Part shown: positions 55,042 through 62,848 of the stretch, piece by piece | Layout of the letters: each line of letters starts with the position of its first letter | Numbering within the stretch: position 1 is the first letter of the stretch | Source: Conidiobolus incongruus B7586 | Lineage: Eukaryota | DNA length: 62,848 nt | Reading direction: 5' to 3' | Assembly (NCBI GenBank): GCA_000697335.1 | Contig: JNEM01010510.1 | Coordinates: 1-62,848 of the forward strand | Translations under genes and position numbers: made by a program | Notes under the pieces: model-generated | Database searches by the model: none | Told to the model about the DNA's origin: nothing | The model's input: the letters and a program-made list of their open reading frames with translations, nothing else

Positions 55042-57949
55042 CTAAAATTTCTAAAATGCAAACGTAAGTAAATAATTATAATATCAATAAGATTATGTCT
55101 TTCACTTACAAAGTCAGGAGGTGTATCAACAGCCCAAATATAGTTGAAAATAGCCATTTTAGGTATAAACTTTGTTAATGGGATATTATGTCGTTTTGCC
55201 CAAGCAATTAAAATTCTAGGATCAAACATTCTGGTATATGTTCTCAGTGTAAACTTTTCTTTAGTATCCTAATTAAATTGAAAACTGTTAGTTTACAATC
55301 AAGTTAATGAAGAATAAAATAATATTACAGTGGAGAACGCATTTCGGATATATAAAATTTGGCGGTCTAGTTGATCCAATTGAGATTTTAAAGAGCTTAA
55401 AGTATCGGGCATGTTATATTCATTGGTTTTTAGCTCTTCTAAAAGAGCCTTTTCTTCTAAGTTAATATTCTCTAATGCCTCTTCTAAAGTACTGCAATTC
55501 TTATACTTCTTGCTCTTGGGCGGCTTGCCTTTAGATTCAAAAGATTCTTTGACGGCATTTCGGTCTTCGTTTGCTTTTTGCTGGATGTAATCCTTACACC
55601 ATTCATCTTCCAAATCAGATTCTTCTTCTTCCAAATTAGGATGGTTCTTTAAAATAGAGGGGAACCTGGATATTAAAGTTCTTCGAACTCTTCTGCGATT
55701 AAATTTATGGACGCGAATATTATAACAGGATTGAAAATATTCTTCAGGGTTATCCAAGCAGTCTTCAGGGTAGATATTACACTCTTTAATAACTTTTAGT
55801 ACACAATTCTTCAAATATTCAACTTTTTCAACATCATTCAAATGATCAGGAGTGTCTTTGAGGTATTTTTGAATAGTAATATTAATATTAGAAATAAAGA
55901 TACTAGTGACTGTGAGATTTGGTGCAAAGGCTTTCATCGTAGTGGGAAATGTACGATTGCGTAATCCTGTAAAGAGATGTTCTCCATCTTTTACTAATGA
56001 TAAGAACAATTTCATATTTCTGTATACTTGCTCTTCCACTTCCATGCTCATTTCAACCTCGTTTGTATATCCATGCTTAATCCTGAATGTGACATGGTTT
56101 GGGGGATCGAGCGTGACATGTTTTGATGTTACAGATATAATTCCACCCATTGAAGGTTGTGCCTTTCCATTAAAATTACCGGGTCGAATGGTGTATCTCT
56201 CGGCAAAATATAGGATAGTAGCAACTTTTCTTGTATACATATCGGGGCTTTTTAATTGGGACATATATTGTTCTTTGAATTTTTTCCTAAGACGCTATGA
56301 AATCAATATTAATATCATTTCAATTTTAGTTAATAAAGATATTTACATTAAAATGACGTGCATCTTCAAATCTCTTATATATTTCTTTGGTATGCTGAGA
56401 GCTAGCCTTACCAGGGATAATAGTACAGTTCTTCTTGGTCAGTTTATCATACCAACGAGCTAGCCAAAACACCTGTTTGTTATGGACAACGGATCCCCAT
56501 TGATGGCCCTCTGGAGGTGGTGGTGGTTTAACACCTTGCCCAATGTTAATCATAATCTCTTCTGGCTCGGGAGGACGCTAAACTATGTTGGATTTAGTCA
56601 ATAAAGCTAATGAATAGAGATTTACTTGGACGCGGCCATTTAGCTCTTTATAAGTATTTGATAGTAGGATTCTTGGTCGATGCAAAAATGGATTTCTAAG
56701 CTTTTCTAAATAACCGTCAAACTTACAGTAAGCTACATCTCGATTTTCAGGCATATCTAACAAAAGCGACTAATACTTGTTAATTAATTATAAATATAGT
56801 CATATATTTGGGTTACGTGTTTCTTCTCATAATAAATTTCTCTATCCTCTTTGCTTAAATTATCTAGATATTCTCTGATGGGTGTAAAATCACACTTTTC
56901 AAAATGTTTAATCCTACATTTCTGTAATAAAAAAGAATTATTAATAAAATTAATAAAGTAAAAGAAAATTATATACGGTCATGTGCTTGTCAATTGCACT
57001 TTTAAAATCTTTAAAAAAATTCTTTTGGACTGATTCCTCTTTAGCCCAATGAGTATGAAGAACCTGAGCCCAAAGCGTTGCTATCTCTTCAACAGGAGGG
57101 GGTAATGAAATCAATGAGCCTTTTTATATTGTCAATTACTCTAAAGGATTATTCTATTTGTAAATGATATACCTTTATATTTGATTTTAACACCATGTGG
57201 AGCATACTTTGGAGGAAACACTGGTCCGTTATGTTCTAATGTTTCCCATTTAGGTTGATCATGTCCTACTTCATTAAGCCACCATTTGTTGATTTTATCT
57301 TCATTTTGAAAATCTTCATCCTATTAGTTATATTATTATAATAAAATACTCATGAAAATCAATTAGAATTTACTTGATTATGATCATCCGAGTTGTTACT
57401 CTCATCATCAGTTGCATTATTGTATATTTCAAATTCGTCTTGACCGTTAAACTTATTTTCAATTGATTGTTTAGACGATTTTTTAGTTATATGAGGTACG
57501 GGTTTCGAAGAATGTTTCCTTTTTTTAGCATTATAATTATTCTGCTCTATTAAAGAGAATTATATAAATAATTAATCAATGCAAGGATATTGAATAAAAA
57601 TTACTATCGGTTCCTTCGTTATTAGAATTTTTAGAAATTGACTGCTGATTTGAATTGGGTTTATCGGAATTTATTTTTGCATCGGAAATTGATGTTGACT
57701 CAATTTTATTAACAATTTGAGGGATTTTAACAGTTTCAACACTATTTTTTGAAACTCCTATAAATAATAGAATAGTAAAAAGTTTTTTAATTCATAAATA
57801 AATAATTTGGTGAATAATTTATATTTTGGTAAAATTGGTTTACCTGAATCGATTTGAATGCCGTATTTATTAGAATGAATAGTATTGGTTTTATTAGATA
57901 TGATTTGGCTTTTCAATGTATTTAAATCTTCTGAATCACTACTACTCAT
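55042..57949 (-). CDS. DNA topoisomerase IB-like protein, highly divergent and apparently lacking catalytic residues; about 11 exons
   Basis: [35 protein letters not shown]...[48 protein letters not shown]. Confidence 0.9.
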
Positions 57950-58871
57950 ATTTAATAGGCGCTTTAATCAATCAAATTTCAAAAGCCGGGCTTATAAATA
58001 ATTTCGTTAATATAAAATTTATGGGATGCTATATTGTTTTACATAATTGAATAATTTTGTAACTGATTTTTATCATTCGTATATTAAGATGAAATAGCAT
58101 ATGTTCTTTCGATAATTTAAAAATAGAAATATAAAGCGATTTTATTATTGTTATAGTAAGATAAATTTACAATAGGCCTGAGAGTCGAATACTTGTTATA
58201 TTTCATACATTCAGACAGTTAACAAAATTAGAGTAATATTCAGTAATACATATTTTTTATATTAAGAAATTGTCTTTAAATTATTTTTCAGATTTTATAA
58301 ATTGATAATAGTTTTTGATAATATTTACACAGGATTACGTGAATATAATGGTCTCAAATGCTGTATGTAATACTGTGATATAATATTTCAATTTGAGAGT
58401 TTATTACACTGAATGTAATATTAAATCAATGATGTCTTCATTGGTATTAGATCAATATGATACATTTTCAAATCAGTATTTTCTTCAAAGCTTATATAAT
58501 TAATTCATTTATTTCAATACTCTCAGTATTATAATTCTATTTAAACTTGTTAGAAAGATATAATTTAATTGAATTGACTACATGTAAAATCAAAATTTAT
58601 CTGTATATATTTAGTATATTTAAACATTATTCGATTTGTAATATAAATGAACAATATATATAATTATAAGTATATATTTACACTTTTACAATCATTTTGA
58701 TAAATCGTTCATATTTGGAATCTAATTAAGTAATCATACGAAATCTGATTGGTATTAATTTTAATTCGAATTAAATATTTTTAATCCCATAAATTGAGGC
58801 AAAATTGAATGTCATTATATTGATTTTTCATTTTAAGATTTGATTCAAATTATCGTTAAAAATAATTAAAA

Positions 58872-59279
58872 ATGTTGAACTTAGCTCGTCAATCCTTACT
58901 CCGTACCAACCGCATTGTTTTAAGCAGCTACCGTAACTACGCCTCCAAATCTGTCTACGTCGGTAACTTGAGCTGGAGTGTCACCCGTGAAGATTTGACT
59001 GATCTCTTCACTCCCTTCTCCAAGCCTGATGACATTTTCATCCCTATGGATCCTTTAGGTCGCTCCAAGGGTATTGCTTTCGTCACTTTAGATGAAGAAG
59101 CTGCCAACCGTGCCATTGAAGAACTCAACTCCACCCAATTCCTTGGTCGTACCCTCAAAGTCTCTATGGCCCTCCGTCAACCTGGTGACTTGCCTCCTCG
59201 TGTTCCCAGAGACCAAGCCCCCAAGGCCGAAGAAGCTCCCAAGGCTCAAGAAGCTCCTAAGACCGAAGAATCCGCTTAA
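58872..59279 (+). CDS. Single-RRM RNA-binding protein with a probable mitochondrial presequence
   Basis: MLNLARQSLLRTNR...YRNYAS presequence; RNP2 VYVGNL; RNP1 KGIAFVTL. Confidence 0.9.
   Translation: MLNLARQSLLRTNRIVLSSYRNYASKSVYVGNLSWSVTREDLTDLFTPFSKPDDIFIPMDPLGRSKGIAFVTLDEEAANRAIEELNSTQFLGRTLKVSMALRQPGDLPPRVPRDQAPKAEEAPKAQEAPKTEESA
59211..59264 (+). repeat. Three imperfect 18-bp coding repeats (xxAPKA)
   Basis: Encodes DQAPKA EEAPKA QEAPKT. Confidence 0.8.
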
Positions 59280-60097
59280 TTTTATTAATTAACCTAATTG
59301 AAATACTTTTACCCCCTTTCAATTATTTATTTTTGTTCAGTATATTATTTTTTGGAATTCAGTATATTTCAAAAATCATTAGACCAAATAAATATTTTTT
59401 ATAATTTGATTTTTTATAGGCTGATACTTTCAACAATTCATTAATCAAATAACTTTGACTTATATTTTAATTATTAATTAACTCCTTCAAAATCTACCAA
59501 GCTTGAAATAATTCATTAAGAAAACATATTACTATATACGAAATTTTACAAGATATCAATTACATGCTCTTTAATTCTTATCTATTTTTCTCAAAGCATA
59601 ACTAGCTAATATAATTATACGTTATTTATTGTATGACTTAAATTTTGTTTATATTTCATGATCAGAAATTTCAAATAATAAACAGTTAAGTTGAAATATC
59701 AATATATAACATCTTAAAATCGACAATATACCAGCTGAAAAACTTATTTGAATATTATCGCGATCTCATTATAGTTTAAACGGTTTTATTGTATTTTTAT
59801 TTTTATAATATTATAATACATTTACTGAAAGAGATGTTTGTAGTTTTTAAATAATCACTTGTGATAAAGCTATTAATTAAACTTGAACAGCCATATAATA
59901 GTTTTGTTATCATTCATTAAATATATTCATACATTAGGAATAATTAATCAATCAAACACAATTTTGTTTATGGATATTGAGATATTAATGATGATTTTAT
60001 TCAACTGTTTTAATCAAAGCAACAATAGATGCAATTTTAAATAATTTTTTTATCAATATCATAATTCAACTATTTTGCAAGTAGTGATTGGATATTT

Positions 60098-62045
60098 TTA
60101 AATCTTCATTGGATGAATATCTTGAATAATGGCTTTTAACTCTTGGGAATCGAAATCCACAGATACCTAAGATTTTCAAGTATTGGAAATGATAATAAAA
60201 CCATTCAATTTACTTGTAGTAAAATTTCAATTTCTTGAAAAAGTTTTGACACCTACAAGAGTATTTTAATTGAATAGTTATTTAATTGAAAATTAATTAC
60301 TTTTAAATAAACCCTTTCTCCATGAGTTAATCTTAAGAATTCATCTGGCTTTCATTAATGTAGTATTATATAAATACAAATGACAAATTTATTTACTCTG
60401 ATACCAATTAATTTAATTGATGCTTCCTCTGAAATATCTGGATGACAAAGCATCGCTGTCTGATCCATGAAGCTCAATTTTCTAAATAAGTCAAACTGAA
60501 GGCTAGTATCGTCTATTGGTCCTTCACAGTATTCACAAATTTGAACTTGGGTATTAGAACGAATGTATTTTCCACAATTAATGCTAAAAAATTAGTTTAA
60601 GAATGAATTATTTAAAAAAAATTTACCACTTCCATCTCAAAGGAGATTTTATATCTGCTCGACTGTCAATATCCAATTCAATAATTAAACCAACAAGCTT
60701 GAATGTATATATATCTATTTATAAGTTAGCTTAAAATACCTCTTGATTTGGTTAAATTACTTGTCATATTCATATTTGAAATCACATTTTGTAAATGCTG
60801 AATAGAATCGATTTCTTGAATCTGTTCAGTTTTTGTATAAGATAAATATAACGATATTTACCTATATTAGAATTTGATTGAACATGGTTTTTGATAGATT
60901 CATTTAAAACATTCGCAAAAGACAAAATCCACTATTAATTATTAGTCAATGATATTACATAGATAAAAAACTACCTTTGAATTTTTGCATTCTGGATTAA
61001 TTTCTATGTATGAAGACGACCCAACTCCTACTTGCAATTTATTTTGATAGATAGTTTTAATTGGATTGGTTATCAAAAGAGCTACTTTTATTAGTATTTA
61101 TTTGGCAAATATATTAATTTCAATATACTTGTCTGGTATGGAACAAATGATTCAGCAATACTTGCCATTTGATTCCATAGAGTCAAACTCATTCCTTTAT
61201 TGTATTCGTTGGATATGACCACATTTGCTTTGATTAAGTTTTTCTTTTTCTGATTATACCTTTGAGTTTGTTGTACCTATAAGTATAAAAATGTACTAAG
61301 TTATTGAAATGTGAAAATAACTGCAACAAAATTTACTGCCTGAACTACAACCAATAGTCTCCCTTTACAAACCCTGTCTGGAGAAGTTAAACATGTCTTG
61401 AAATTCATATCAATAGTTTCAATTAGGCCATCTTTTAATCCAAGCGGTTTTCTAAATAAGATCTGTTTAGATTCATCTGCAATATCAATGCTACTATGAT
61501 CTGTCATTATTTTATCAACAATTATCCATTTATCCATATTGAATGGGTTATAGTTTTTTGAGTTATTTTGATTGTCTTTAGAAAATGATACACATTTTGT
61601 AGATTTGATGAATACAACTATATCTAACTAATTGAACATAAGCTAACTGGTAATTAAGTTAAAAATATTAAAATACATTAAATTGTATATTTTCGCGAAG
61701 ATATAGTTTTACTGCAATCAACCCAGTATCATCTTTAATTAAAATAGCTTGATAGTACCCATATATAGCTAAGAATTTATTTTAATTATTGAATTATATT
61801 GATACTTTATAAGACTTACATCCTTTGGCCACATGGGGCTTCATGTCAGTAATATTTACTATTCTACCCATAATATTCAATCCAGTCATACCTGGTTGAA
61901 CATCAGAAATTTTGGTTAAATTTTGTAATGCCAAACTGTTTCCTTGATTCAATAGAGCAGGAGAGGAATAGTTTTCCAAACTCATATCATTTTGGATCCA
62001 ATTCTGGTTTTCGTATTTATGTTGTTGATATAAACCTTGCTCCAT
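60098..62045 (-). CDS. MEIOB: MEIOB-like (meiosis-specific RPA1 paralog; OB folds and Zn ribbon), about 12 exons; alternative upstream ATG at 62117
   Basis: KISDVQPGMTGLNIMGRIV; LIKDDTG; LTLWNQMASIAESFVPYQT..LLITNP...IEINPECKNSKWILSFA; CxxC...CxxC; MDQTAML...ISEEASIKLIG..PDEFLRLT..ERVYLK, collinear with MEIOB motifs. Confidence 0.72.
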
Positions 62046-62407
62046 GATGAATATTGATAAAACAACAAAGATGAGAATTATAGGAAGAAAATATGAACTT
62101 ATAAACATTTCTTTCATTTAATAAATGCAAAAATGATTTCATTATGTTGATCTTGATCTACCAAACACTTATTTCTAAAATACAAGTTTATTTATTATAC
62201 AATTTAAAGTGATATTATATTGTAATATGGTTTCCAGTTTCATTGTCGCTTAGCAATTGTTGAAAATTAATTTTAGGTTATCAATATATTATTAATTACA
62301 TAACAATCTCCGGGGAAATCTTTATATTAGACTTAATATATTAATGCTAGATTCTAAAAGTTTATTTGATAATAAAAATGATAAATAGTAGAGTATTTTT
62401 AATCAGA

Positions 62408-62848
62408 TTAATTTTTGTCCTCAGAGTTAGGTGAAGAATTAAAAAGATCATTGAAGATCTGTAATTGAACCTTTTCCTCTTGGAATGATTCCAACCCTTT
62501 ACTATTTTTGAGTTTGTTATCTAATTCAATCTTTTGGATACCATTTTTATGCATTTGCTCTTCTAATGAATTTTCTGTTATAAGTCTATATACTGTAACT
62601 TCTCGTTTCTGTCCTAAACGATGGGCGCGACATTCTGCTTGTCGATCGTTCTGTGGATTAAACCCGATGTCATGAAGGATAACAACATTAGCTGATGTTA
62701 AATTGATACCACACCCTCCAGCAAGAGTTGAAAGAAGGAAAACTTTGATAGAAGGATCGTTGTTAAACTCATCTATTAAGGGTTGTCTATCCTCAGGTCT
62801 AGTTTCACCATCCATTCTAATATATTTGATATCAAGAGTTTCTAAAAT
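62408..62848 (-). CDS. SNF2-family remodeler, Fun30/SMARCAD1-like, C-terminal part (5' end outside the window)
   Basis: Helicase-C motifs [47 protein letters not shown]; the NPxND variant fits the Fun30/Etl1 subfamily. Confidence 0.88.
   Translation of the reverse strand: MLETLDIKYIRMDGETRPEDRQPLIDEFNNDPSIKVFLLSTLAGGCGINLTSANVVILHDIGFNPQNDRQAECRAHRLGQKREVTVYRLITENSLEEQMHKNGIQKIELDNKLKNSKGLESFQEEKVQLQIFNDLFNSSPNSEDKN

Noticed and set aside
2196..59292. Antisense or alternate-frame ORFs in the track (for example 2196, 7938, 16666, 25714, 36801, 55906, 58955)
   Set aside because: Shadows of real genes with no independent motifs
60815..60910. Apparent frame conflict or recursive splice site in the MEIOB-like gene
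   Set aside because: Resolved by an ordinary 47-nt intron using the second AG (ttcaag|AAATC), which keeps the frame
1..62848. CRISPR arrays, intact transposons, rRNA genes
   Set aside because: No regularly spaced repeats, transposase or RT ORFs, or rRNA-like sequence seen by eye

Overview
AT-rich eukaryotic genomic DNA with many short (about 45-65 nt) GT-AG introns. The gene set (Rab18, fungal Trl1, MEIOB-like, F-box/LRR, fungal-type Top1 linker) points to an early-diverging fungus, probably Zoopagomycota/Entomophthorales-like; this is inference. I can support about 23 protein-coding genes, several missed or fragmented by the ORF track and rebuilt by hand (Rav2/Rogdi, Nas2, THI80, Asterix, MEIOB). 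There is also one tRNA-Gln(UUG) and two pseudogenes (mitochondrial-type ketoacyl synthase and a tandem C2-domain copy). No CRISPR array or recognisable transposon was seen. The two most notable observations: (1) an intact, spliced DNA topoisomerase IB paralog that has lost the catalytic Tyr and three other active-site residues, a candidate pseudo-enzyme; (2) an orientation-specific motif TCCCATAA, or a one-mismatch variant, upstream of 14 genes, mostly 70-125 bp before the ATG. All homology calls come from recalled family motifs, not database searches.
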